A stretch of 64,000 nt of DNA from Ruminococcus sp. Its GTDB lineage: Bacteria; Bacillota; Clostridia; Oscillospirales; Ruminococcaceae. The stretch spans positions 516 through 64,515 of the forward strand of contig JAISHJ010000007.1 of assembly GCA_031262625.1 (NCBI GenBank), in the 5' to 3' direction. Positions 45,928 to 54,480 of the stretch are shown piece by piece. The number at the start of each line of letters is the position of its first letter. The first letter of the stretch is position 1. The notes below the pieces were generated by a model. That model was not told the DNA's origin. It saw only the letters and a program-made list of their open reading frames with translations, and made no database searches. A program made the translations under genes and the position numbers.

Positions 45928-46716
45928 ATGGATGAAAAAATTGAAGTTAAGGCTGTAGAAAAGACAGCTCCGGATGAACCCTCTTCCGTACCTAACGCAC
46001 AACCTACAGAACAACTTGCAGAAAAGCCTGTAGATAAACCAAAGCCTATACTTCCTCAAATAAAACCGGAAGAATCAAAGTCGTTTTTACTGCAATTTCT
46101 GAAAAATCCGGCAGCAGCACTTCAATCCGGTGCACTCGGCTTGACGGAATGTTTGATCACTTTAGGGGTTCGTACAATCGGTCTGGTCGTCTTAATGGTA
46201 TATTTCAAGTCTTTATATTTCGACTCGGAATATTCAGACTATTTCGGCGATATTTATAACGAGTATATTGGTATGAGCGGCGATTTTACAAAATCATACA
46301 CGCTTTTGTCCGGTGCGGCTGAAATGGTTATCTCGTTAACCCAAAATGAATACGTTGCAATAATTTTCGGCGGTTTATTCATGTCCTTGATGCTTAGCAT
46401 TGCTCTATACATATCATCTTTTCTGTTTGGCAAAATAATATTCAAAGGCAAAACAGAACCTAAAAAGGGTTTAGTTAATCTTTTTACAGGCATAGAATCG
46501 GCATTACTTCCATTTACAGTGTTGTTCTTAATTGCTGTTTTTGTAAATATGTTTTCGCCGGTTTTTGCAGTAATACTTTCTCTTATTGGTTTAATTTTCA
46601 GTATATGCGTTTGCTTTTCAGCTTATATGAAAATATTTAATATTGATATCAACAAGGCGGTGTACACATCAGTACTCAGCTTTTCAACACTGGCAATTAT
46701 TCTAACGGTGTTTTAG
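45928..46716 (+). CDS. Hypothetical polytopic membrane protein with Pro-rich N-terminal tail
   Basis: The N-terminus is PDEPSSVPNAQPTEQLAEKPVDKPKPILPQIKPEE, followed by about 5 TMs. The topology is loosely Yip1/DUF-like, but no motif was identified. Confidence 0.55.
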   Translation: MDEKIEVKAVEKTAPDEPSSVPNAQPTEQLAEKPVDKPKPILPQIKPEESKSFLLQFLKNPAAALQSGALGLTECLITLGVRTIGLVVLMVYFKSLYFDSEYSDYFGDIYNEYIGMSGDFTKSYTLLSGAAEMVISLTQNEYVAIIFGGLFMSLMLSIALYISSFLFGKIIFKGKTEPKKGLVNLFTGIESALLPFTVLFLIAVFVNMFSPVFAVILSLIGLIFSICVCFSAYMKIFNIDINKAVYTSVLSFSTLAIILTVF

Positions 46717-46927
46717 CCGTGATATTATAACAACGGCACAATAACCTTCAAATCCACCAGAGCAGGCACAGTAGCACTCTCTATCACAAGCGCAAACTAA
46801 GTTCAACATAATATTCAGTATTCATTCCAACAAAAAATGCCTCATATGAGGTATTTTTTGTGGTAATATACTGCTTAACGAAAATACAAACGCCCTGTAG
46901 TGAAGTACCACAGGGCGTTTTAGAGTA

Positions 46928-47330
46928 TGGAGATGACGGGAATCGAACCCGTGTCCGAGAACATTTCAGGAGGGTTTTCTCCGGGCGCAGCACCGATTCA
47001 AAGTTCCCGACAGCGAGGGTATCGGCACAGACCCTAACCGTCGGTAGCCTGTAATACGTTTTTCGGTTACAGGCGTATACCGAAAAACGTGGACTGCTTT
47101 TGTCTCGCCTGTCGGAAGCCGCAGTACTCAACCGATTTCAGACGCCGGGGGTTAAAAAACGCCCGGAACTGCTAACTTACGCACGGTTACCCGCGCAATA
47201 AGTTAGGCAGCCATTAACTGAGGTTGTTCGTCGTTTAAATTTATAAACGTAGCGCATCGTTTCGGAGATAAGCGCAATCCTCCGCCCGCTTACCCAACTT
47301 ACGCTTCCCCGTCGAAACCTTTACATCCCC
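46928..47330 (-). ncRNA. ssrA: tmRNA (ssrA)
   Basis: The minus strand starts GGGGATGTAAAGGTTTCGACGGGG and ends GGACACGGGTTCGATTCCCGTCATCTCCA. This is a tRNA-Ala-like acceptor with a G3:U70 pair. An internal tag-like frame reads ...AAC GAC GAA CAA CCT CAG TTA ATG GCT GCC TAA. A terminator hairpin ACGCCCTGT...ACAGGGCGT lies just downstream at about 46890-46920. Confidence 0.9.
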
Positions 47331-47544
47331 TTACAAGATGGCAGAGACGAGAATACAGAAAAGTCATTTCTCTTTTCTGTTATTCCCACGCGGAAATAGG
47401 TTGGATATTGCCGATAAATCTATCGGCTTAAATAGTATAATAGAACTTTGTGAACAATTAAAGCACAAATTTTGAACAAATAAAATTAGAGGTGCTTCCG
47501 ACACACCCTGTGCCGGACCGCTCCTCTAATTCGATACGCTAAGC

Positions 47545-47709
47545 TTAAGCGAGTACATCAAGTACATCGCCGTAACCTTGTGACGGAGGTGCGGACTCTT
47601 GAATTAAATCGACTGCGCCTTGCATTTGTTCTTTCGCGAGACCCATAGCCTTGCCCATTACGGCAAAGTTATAATCGGCTGCGAAATTTACGGAAGAAAC
47701 TTCACCCAT
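47545..47709 (-). CDS. YjfB-like putative motility protein (54 aa; below the ORF-track size cut-off)
   Basis: My own translation is MGEVSSVNFAADYNFAVMGKAMGLAKEQMQGAVDLIQESAPPSQGYGDVLDVLA. An AGGAGG RBS lies 7 nt upstream. The central VMGKAMGLAKEQMQGAVDLI resembles the YjfB motility family core (VLKKAMD..E.Q...LL.ML). Confidence 0.55.
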   Translation of the reverse strand: MGEVSSVNFAADYNFAVMGKAMGLAKEQMQGAVDLIQESAPPSQGYGDVLDVLA

Positions 47710-47786
47710 AACAATACCTCCTTTTCACGGTATGTTTATTCTATCGTACAAAGTTATGTAAACTTAAATTAAAATATTGTGAACAC

Positions 47787-48278
47787 TTATTCCTGTTCGG
47801 GAATATCTTTTTTCGCAGTTTTAAGCGTGTCGATTACCTTTTTCATGTCGTCGTAAAGATAGCCGTATCGCTTAGTAATTTCTTCAATTCCGCTGCTTAG
47901 ATTATCTCTGAAATCGTCAAGCTTCATAACTGCTTCCGAAATTTTAACAACCGAAGCGTTAGTGGTTTCGGCAAGATTACGAACCTCCGAAGCGATTACG
48001 GAAAAGCCCTTGCCGTTTTCTTTTACACGATTTGCTTCAATTGAAGCATTAAATCCCAAAATTTTGACATTCATCGCGATATTTTGTATGGCAATCATCG
48101 ACTTTTCAGTCTGACGAAGCGCTTTAAATGCTTCTTCGGCAGTCTTCTCGAGCCTCTCAAAATCATCTCTCGTCTCGTCAAGGTAGAAAATATCATCCTT
48201 TAACATATGTATGGCGTTGTTTATCTGTTCTTGAAGCCTGTCACCCGTATGCACGGACAATACCATGTTTTCTTCCAT
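47787..48278 (-). CDS. Soluble mini methyl-accepting-chemotaxis signalling-domain protein (163 aa, no sensor/TM/HAMP)
   Basis: The hairpin-tip motif is IAMNVKILGFNASIEANRVKENGKGFSVIASEVRNLAETT, flanked by short helical segments only. Confidence 0.75.
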   Translation of the reverse strand: MEENMVLSVHTGDRLQEQINNAIHMLKDDIFYLDETRDDFERLEKTAEEAFKALRQTEKSMIAIQNIAMNVKILGFNASIEANRVKENGKGFSVIASEVRNLAETTNASVVKISEAVMKLDDFRDNLSSGIEEITKRYGYLYDDMKKVIDTLKTAKKDIPEQE

Positions 48279-48631
48279 AGTTTCCCCTTGATCAGCAGTA
48301 AAAATATAATAAGCGGCGGGCGGTAAATAACCGTTACCGCCGCGAAATATGCAATATCTCCGCCTTGCCGCCGTACGACATATAAACCCAGCACTACGCC
48401 AGGGTGGGTTTTGCCCCGTCTGCTTCGCGCTCCCTGCATCCGTTCCAGAACGGCTTTACACCATTCAGTGCGCTTTGCCCCCGCTCATTAAGAGAGGGAA
48501 AAATCCCTGTCCGCAGGCGGCAATATAACGCCTCCGCACATCTAATGCGGCGGGAGGTCTGCAATCCGCAGTCGGAGTGCAAATCCCTTTTACAATTTGT
48601 TGGATTATAAAAATCGAACTCAATCGTACAA
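48279..48631 (-). ncRNA. Promoter plus ~320-nt GC-rich structured leader (riboswitch/attenuator candidate, class unassigned)
   Basis: On the minus strand, TTGTAC-N16-TATAAT lies at 48631-48604. A GC-rich stretch follows, holding only Arg/Pro-rich junk ORFs on both strands, two GGGGCAAA(A) motifs and many local stems. A terminator-like hairpin GCGGCGGTAA-CGGTTA-TTACCGCCCGCCGC followed by TTATTATATTTT (48305-48345) comes next. The RBS and the ATG at 48278 follow. Confidence 0.5.
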
Positions 48632-48732
48632 GGCAGAATTTTAGTCTGTATTTAGTATAGCATGAATTGTGGGAAAAATCAATAGAAATTTTATAAATAT
48701 TATAAAAAATTTGTCTAAAAAACTGAAAATTT

Positions 48733-50136
48733 CTACTGAATCTTAAGTGCTATACATAATTTTGCAATATTAATACGTATGTTGGAAATTTGTTTCTCAA
48801 CATTTTCCGGTGCAGGACCGCCGCTGACATTTCGCGCTTTTACACAGTTGTCAAGGTTAATTACATCGAAAATGTCTGATTCAAACTCGGGATCGAATTT
48901 TTGATATTCCTCTAAAGTAAGCCCGTCAAGTGTCTTATTGTTTATTATGCAATAATGCACAATTTCTCCGGCGATTTTATACGCCATCCTAAAGGGGATA
49001 CCCTTTTTGGTAAGATAATCTGCGCAGTCTGTAGCATTAATGAAACCTGCTGCAGCCGCCGCCCGGCAATTGTCGGTGTTAACCTTCATTGTAGATATAA
49101 GCGGTTTAAATGTTGAAAGACAGAGAAGAACGGTGTCAATTGCATCAAAGATAGCTTCCTTGTCTTCCTGCATATCTTTGTTATACGCAAGCGGCAAGCC
49201 CTTCATCATGGTTAAAAGTGTCATAAGGTCGCCGTAAACGCGCCCGGTCTTGCCGCGGATAAGTTCGGTAACGTCGGGATTTTTCTTCTGCGGCATGATG
49301 CTTGAGCCGGTAGCGTAAGCATCGTCAAGTTCAACGAAGCGGAATTCCCAGCTGCACCAGAGGATAATTTCCTCCGAGAACCGTGACAGATGCATCATTA
49401 AAATTGAAAGTACAGAGCAGAGTTCAATAACAAAGTCTCTGTCGGAAACGCCGTCAATACTGTTTTCGGTAATCGCAGGGAAACCTAAAAGCGATGCTTC
49501 ATATTCGCGGTCGATAGGGTAGGTAGTCCCCGCGAGAGCACAGCTTCCGATAGGGGAGACGGCTGTACGTCGGGAAACATCCGAAAGTCTGTCCATGTCG
49601 CGTAAAAACATCTGTGCGTATGCGCAAAGATGGTGTGCCATTGTCACAGGCTGTGCGCGCTGAAGGTGCGTGTAACCGGGCATTACTGTGTAGAGGTGCT
49701 TTTCGGCAATGTCACAGAGGGTAAGGAGCAGTTCGCCTAAAAGTCCGCCTATGCTGTTAATTTGGTTAATCAGGTAGAGACGTATATCAAGCGCAACCTG
49801 ATCGTTCCTTGAACGTGCCGTATGAAGCCGCTTGCCGATATATCCGACTCTTGCGGTAAGTTCCGCTTCTATGAACATATGAATATCTTCGGCGGTCTCG
49901 TCAAATTTTAGATCTCCGCTTTCAATATCGTTCTTTATGTCACCGAGGGTTAACATAATCTGTTCAGCATCAGCTTTTGGTATAATTTCCTGCTTACCGA
50001 GCATATCTGCGTGAGCGATTGACCCGTTTATATCTTCTGCGTAAAGCCTGCTGTCGAAAGAAATTGACGAATTAAAGTCATTAACATTTTTATCTAATTC
50101 TTTTGAGAAACGTCCTGCCCACATTTTGTCAGCCAT
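48733..50136 (-). CDS. argH: Argininosuccinate lyase
   Basis: The product contains MWAGRFSKELD, TARSRNDQV, GYTHLQRAQP and the GSSIMPQKKNPD signature. Confidence 0.95.
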   Translation of the reverse strand: MADKMWAGRFSKELDKNVNDFNSSISFDSRLYAEDINGSIAHADMLGKQEIIPKADAEQIMLTLGDIKNDIESGDLKFDETAEDIHMFIEAELTARVGYIGKRLHTARSRNDQVALDIRLYLINQINSIGGLLGELLLTLCDIAEKHLYTVMPGYTHLQRAQPVTMAHHLCAYAQMFLRDMDRLSDVSRRTAVSPIGSCALAGTTYPIDREYEASLLGFPAITENSIDGVSDRDFVIELCSVLSILMMHLSRFSEEIILWCSWEFRFVELDDAYATGSSIMPQKKNPDVTELIRGKTGRVYGDLMTLLTMMKGLPLAYNKDMQEDKEAIFDAIDTVLLCLSTFKPLISTMKVNTDNCRAAAAAGFINATDCADYLTKKGIPFRMAYKIAGEIVHYCIINNKTLDGLTLEEYQKFDPEFESDIFDVINLDNCVKARNVSGGPAPENVEKQISNIRINIAKLCIALKIQ

Positions 50137-50172
50137 GTTTTACCCCCTTAAAATTGCCAAGCGAAAATATTA

Positions 50173-51396
50173 CTACTTCTTGCGGCGCGCATCAAGCTGT
50201 GCCTTAACCTTAATCGGAAGTCCGAAGAGGTTAATAAATCCGGCAGAGTCTTTTTGGTCGTAGACTTCATCAGCATCAAATGTCGCAACTTCTTCATCGT
50301 ATAGTGTGAAGGGAGAAGTAACCCCTGCACCGATTATATTGCCCTTATAAAGCTTAAGTTTTACGTCTCCAGTTACATTTTCCTGTGTCTTGTCAACAAA
50401 CGCCGAAAGTGCTTCACGCACAGGTGTGTACCACTGTCCGTTATATACTATGTCGGCGAAATCAATCGCAAGTTTTTCTTTCATTCTTGCGGTTGCTTTG
50501 TCGATAGTAATTGTTTCTAAAATTCTATGTGCTTCGTAAAGGATAGTTCCGCCGGGAGTTTCGTAAACGCCGCGTGATTTCATACCTACAAGGCGATTTT
50601 CTACAATGTCGGAAAGCCCGATACCGTTCTCGCCGCCCAGCTTGTTAAGCTTCTTTATAAGAGTAACTCCTCCAAGCTTTTCGCCGTCAATAGCGACAGG
50701 AACGCCGCTTTCAAACGAAACCGTAACATAAGTAGCCTTATCGGGAGCGTTCAGCGGAGAAACGCCCATTTCAAGGAAACCTTCCTTGTCATACTGCGGC
50801 TCATTTGCAGGATTTTCAAGGTCGAGACCCTCATGCGAAAGATGCCATAGGTTTTTATCTTTGGAGTAGTTTGTCTCGCGGTTAATCTTTAGCGGAATAT
50901 TATGTGCTTCGGCGTAGTCTATTTCTTCATCGCGGGACTTAATATCCCAAATCCTCCAAGGCGCAATTATAGCCATCTCAGGCGCGAACGCCTTAATGGT
51001 AAGTTCAAAGCGAACTTGGTCGTTGCCTTTCCCTGTACAGCCGTGGCAGATTGCATCTGCACCTTCTTTAATTGCAATTTCGGCGATACGCTTCGCGATA
51101 ATAGGACGAGCGAAAGATGTACCGAGGAGGTATTTACCTTCGTAAACTGCACCGGCTTTAAGAGTGGGGAAGATAAATTCGTCAACGAATTCTGTTTTAA
51201 GGTCTTCTATATAAAGCTTTGAAGCGCCGGTTTTGATTGCCTTTTCTTCTAAGCCTTCAAGCTCCGATTCCTGTCCCACATCGCCCGAAACCGCGATAAC
51301 TTCGCAGTTATTGTAGTTTTCCTTAAGCCAAGGAATAATTATCGACGTATCAAGTCCGCCGGAGTATGCCAAAACAACTTTTTTAATTTCTTTCAT
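50173..51396 (-). CDS. argG: Argininosuccinate synthase
   Basis: The product contains [27 protein letters not shown] and SHEGLDLE. Confidence 0.95.
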   Translation of the reverse strand: MKEIKKVVLAYSGGLDTSIIIPWLKENYNNCEVIAVSGDVGQESELEGLEEKAIKTGASKLYIEDLKTEFVDEFIFPTLKAGAVYEGKYLLGTSFARPIIAKRIAEIAIKEGADAICHGCTGKGNDQVRFELTIKAFAPEMAIIAPWRIWDIKSRDEEIDYAEAHNIPLKINRETNYSKDKNLWHLSHEGLDLENPANEPQYDKEGFLEMGVSPLNAPDKATYVTVSFESGVPVAIDGEKLGGVTLIKKLNKLGGENGIGLSDIVENRLVGMKSRGVYETPGGTILYEAHRILETITIDKATARMKEKLAIDFADIVYNGQWYTPVREALSAFVDKTQENVTGDVKLKLYKGNIIGAGVTSPFTLYDEEVATFDADEVYDQKDSAGFINLFGLPIKVKAQLDARRKK

Positions 51397-51482
51397 GACT
51401 TTTTTCCTTTTTTCTTATTTATTAAACCGCTGACAATTGCTTCAATTACACTGACTATAACATCAATAACTGTATCAAGCAT
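51393..51482 (-). CDS. Candidate 29-aa small ORF between argF and argG, translationally coupled to argG
   Basis: My own translation is [29 protein letters not shown]. An AGGAG RBS lies 6 nt upstream. Its TGA stop overlaps the argG ATG (ATGA). The peptide has a hydrophobic helix and a basic tail. Confidence 0.35.
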   Translation of the reverse strand: MLDTVIDVIVSVIEAIVSGLINKKKGKKS

Positions 51483-51502
51483 AAAGCACTCCTAATATGC
51501 TG

Positions 51503-52405
51503 TTACCCCATCAGGCGTACCATTACAGCCTTTTGCGCGTGGAGACGATTCTCAGCTTCCTCGAAAATCTCTGCCGCGTGTTTCTCAAAAGTTTCCGCAG
51601 TAATTTCCTCTTCACGATGAGCAGGAAGACAATGTTGTACTATAGCATCTGACTTAGCAAGCTTCATAATCTCTTCGTTAACCTGATACCCCGCGAAGGC
51701 TTTGCGCCGCTCGATAATCTCGTTTTCGTTGCCCATAGAAGCCCAAACGTCGGTGAAAACTACATCTGCATCGGCAATTGCTTCTTCGGGAGATGTTGTG
51801 AGAGTGAAATTCGGGTAATTCTTCGTGAATTCGAGAACCGATTCATGAGGGGAATAGTCCGCAGGGCAGGCGAGCGAAACACTCATCCCGACCTTCAAAC
51901 CGCCGACAGTGAGTGCATTTGCCATGTTGTTTCCGTCGCCGATATAGCACATTTTTAAACCGTCAAACTGCCCCTTAATTTCGCGAACAGTCATAAGGTC
52001 TGCTAAAACTTGACAGGGATGAGTTATGTCGGTAAGCCCGTTTATTACGGGAACAGTGCCGTAATAAGCAAGGTCTTCTACTTCTTTTTGGTCGAATGTA
52101 CGGATCATTATGCCGTCAAGATAACGCGACAGAACGCGTGCCGTGTCCTCAACAGGCTCTCCGCGCCCGATTTGAAGGTCTTTCGACGACAGAAACAGCG
52201 GGTGACCGCCGAGTTGGAACATTCCCGCTTCAAATGAAACGCGGGTACGTGTGGAAGCCTTCTGAAATATCATGCCGAGGGTTTTTCCCTTTAGGTGAGG
52301 ATGCGCAATGTCATGCTTAAGTTCATATTTAAGCTGATCCGCAAGGTTTAATATGTCGGTAATCTCCTCCGTTGACAGATCCATCATTTTTAATAAGTGT
52401 TTCAT
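51503..52405 (-). CDS. argF: Ornithine carbamoyltransferase
   Basis: The product contains STRTRVSFE, HPCQVLADL and HCLPAHREEE. Confidence 0.9.
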   Translation of the reverse strand: MKHLLKMMDLSTEEITDILNLADQLKYELKHDIAHPHLKGKTLGMIFQKASTRTRVSFEAGMFQLGGHPLFLSSKDLQIGRGEPVEDTARVLSRYLDGIMIRTFDQKEVEDLAYYGTVPVINGLTDITHPCQVLADLMTVREIKGQFDGLKMCYIGDGNNMANALTVGGLKVGMSVSLACPADYSPHESVLEFTKNYPNFTLTTSPEEAIADADVVFTDVWASMGNENEIIERRKAFAGYQVNEEIMKLAKSDAIVQHCLPAHREEEITAETFEKHAAEIFEEAENRLHAQKAVMVRLMG

Positions 52406-53589
52406 GATTTATTCTCCTGTAAAAGTATCTTCTCAAGTATAGCAAGCCCATCATCAATCTCTTCAAAACTGATTGTAAGCGGCGGGAGGAATCGAAGTTT
52501 ATCCTTCGCAGTCAGAACAAGAAGACCGTTATCGTGGCATTTTTTCGATATGTCGGCAGCATTAATTCCGGCTCTGAATTTTATCCCGATCATTAATCCT
52601 ATTCCCGAAACCGAGGTAACGGCAGACATACTAAGAAGCTTTTCGCGGAAATATTCGCCCTTTTTTGTTATTTCATCAAGGAATCCCGGTGCAGAAATAG
52701 TCTTAAGTACAGCATTTCCTCCGGCACAACATACAGGATTTCCGCCGAAAGTTGAGCCGTGGTCTCCTCTGCCGAGTACAGTACTGCATTTATCAGCGGT
52801 GAGGCAAGCTCCCATCGGCAGTCCTCCGGCAATTGCTTTCGCAAGGGTTGTAATGTCGGGCTTTACGTTATAGTACTGTGAAGCTAAAAACTTGCCGGTA
52901 CGTCCGCAGCCGGTTTGAACCTCGTCTGCGATAATGAGAATATCGCGCTCTTTGCAGATGTCAAAAATGCCGTTTATAAATTCTTCCGAAAGGTTCAAAA
53001 CGCCACCTTCACCTTGAATAAATTCGAGCATGATAGCGCAGGTTTTATCGGTAAGAGCATTTTCAAAGGAGCGAATGTCCGGTTTTATATGCACAAAACC
53101 GGGTGTGAACGGGAAGAAGTAGTTATGCATAGATTCTTGACCGGTCGCAGAAAGGGTAGTAACGGTACGTCCGTGAAAACTCTGTTCAAGAGTAATTATT
53201 TCATAGCGTTTCGCGTCCGCTCCATACTTATCAAAGCTGTATTTGCGCGCGATTTTTATTGCACATTCGTTAGCTTCCGCGCCGGAGTTACAAAAGAAAA
53301 CCTTTTCGTATCCGCTTATTTCACAGAGTTTCTCTGCAAACTCTGCCTGAACTTCTGTGTAATAATAGTTTGATGTATGCTGGAGTTTTATAATCTGTGA
53401 AACGACCGCTTCCGTCCATGCTGTATAACCGAATCCTAAAGAATTTGTTCCGATACCGCTTCCGAAGTCAATGTATTTTTTTCCGTAGTCGTCCGAAGCA
53501 ATTTCCTTTGTTCCGCAATCTAAAACTATATCGTAACGCCCGTATGTCCCCATTACGTGTTTATTAAAATTTTCTATCGTGCTTTTCAT
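52402..53589 (-). CDS. argD: Acetylornithine aminotransferase
   Basis: It is a class III aminotransferase with GAEANECAIKIARKY, ADEVQTGCGRTGK, TLAKAIAGGLP and GSTFGGNP. It overlaps argF by 4 nt. Confidence 0.9.
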   Translation of the reverse strand: MKSTIENFNKHVMGTYGRYDIVLDCGTKEIASDDYGKKYIDFGSGIGTNSLGFGYTAWTEAVVSQIIKLQHTSNYYYTEVQAEFAEKLCEISGYEKVFFCNSGAEANECAIKIARKYSFDKYGADAKRYEIITLEQSFHGRTVTTLSATGQESMHNYFFPFTPGFVHIKPDIRSFENALTDKTCAIMLEFIQGEGGVLNLSEEFINGIFDICKERDILIIADEVQTGCGRTGKFLASQYYNVKPDITTLAKAIAGGLPMGACLTADKCSTVLGRGDHGSTFGGNPVCCAGGNAVLKTISAPGFLDEITKKGEYFREKLLSMSAVTSVSGIGLMIGIKFRAGINAADISKKCHDNGLLVLTAKDKLRFLPPLTISFEEIDDGLAILEKILLQENKS

Positions 53590-53607
53590 GGTAACTCCTA
53601 TTTTAGT

Positions 53608-54468
53608 TTATATGAATTCTGTTCCGATACCCTTATCGGAAAGAAGTTCTATTAAAATTGAGTGCGGTACGCGCCCGTCAATAATACAGGTGCCCTTTAC
53701 ACCGCGTCTGACTGCTTCAACACAACAGTCAATTTTCGGAATCATTCCGCCGCTTATAATACCCTGACGTTTCATGAACGGTACTTCCGAAACCTGAACA
53801 TAGTCTATAAGCGTGTCGGGGTCATCTTTATCGCGGAGAAGCCCTTTAATGTCGGTCATGAGGATGAGTTTTTGCGCGCCGAGTTTAGCGGCAATCTGCG
53901 CCGCGGCAGTATCGGCGTTTATATTATAGACCACGCCGTCTTCACCGCAGGCAACGGTCGCGATAACAGGTATGTAACCGTTGTCAAGGCAGTTAATTAT
54001 CGGTTCGGGATTTATTGTTTCAATTTCGCCGACAAAACCGTAATCTACATTAGATTCCATTTTTTTTGCGCGGATAAGTTCTCCGTCAATACCGCATAGA
54101 CCCAAAGCACGTCCGTTGTGACGGGTAAGGTGAGCCACAAGTTCTTTGTTAACCTTCCCTGCAAGCACCATTCGAACTACATCGGCAGTCTCTTCATCTG
54201 TATAACGAAGACCGTTTACGAAGCGGCTTTCTTTACCCATTTTATCGAGCATATCTGTTATTTCGGGACCGCCGCCGTGGATTAAAACTACTCTTATTCC
54301 GACGAGTGAGAGGAGTACAATGTCACTCATGACGGCATTTTTGAGTTTCTCGTCGGTCATAGCGTTTCCGCCGTACTTTACGACGATGATTTTTTTGTAG
54401 TATTTCTGTATATAGGGGAGTGCTTCGGAAAGAATTTGCGAGCGCAGTTCGTTAGTTAATTCAAGCAT
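53608..54468 (-). CDS. argB: Acetylglutamate kinase
   Basis: The product contains VVKYGGNAM, LIHGGGPEI, NINADTAAAQIA and GGMIPK. Confidence 0.95.
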   Translation of the reverse strand: MLELTNELRSQILSEALPYIQKYYKKIIVVKYGGNAMTDEKLKNAVMSDIVLLSLVGIRVVLIHGGGPEITDMLDKMGKESRFVNGLRYTDEETADVVRMVLAGKVNKELVAHLTRHNGRALGLCGIDGELIRAKKMESNVDYGFVGEIETINPEPIINCLDNGYIPVIATVACGEDGVVYNINADTAAAQIAAKLGAQKLILMTDIKGLLRDKDDPDTLIDYVQVSEVPFMKRQGIISGGMIPKIDCCVEAVRRGVKGTCIIDGRVPHSILIELLSDKGIGTEFI

Positions 54469-54480
54469 TTTTTATAAACC

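Noticed and set aside
46717-46927. Direct repeat of the ssrA 3' end that would mark an att site for an ssrA-targeted island
   Set aside because: I could not see a second copy of TGGAGATGACGGGAATCGAACCC, or its complement, anywhere between 43579 and 46927. The island hypothesis therefore rests only on AT-richness and context. It should be tested computationally.
46784-47131. 115-aa minus ORF and 64-aa plus ORF
   Set aside because: Both lie within or overlap the tmRNA gene and its terminator. They have no coding signal.
48221-48610. Three 62-72-aa ORFs; also attempted assignment of the region to the glycine, TPP, cobalamin, ykkC or ZTP riboswitch classes
   Set aside because: The ORFs are Arg/Pro/Gly-rich with no RBS. 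For the riboswitch classes only short partial matches were found (for example GGGGCAA, CTGGCGTAG, GCAGACCTCCCGCC). They are in the wrong order or lack the other conserved blocks, so no class is claimed. A weak GEMM-I resemblance is reported only as a hypothesis.
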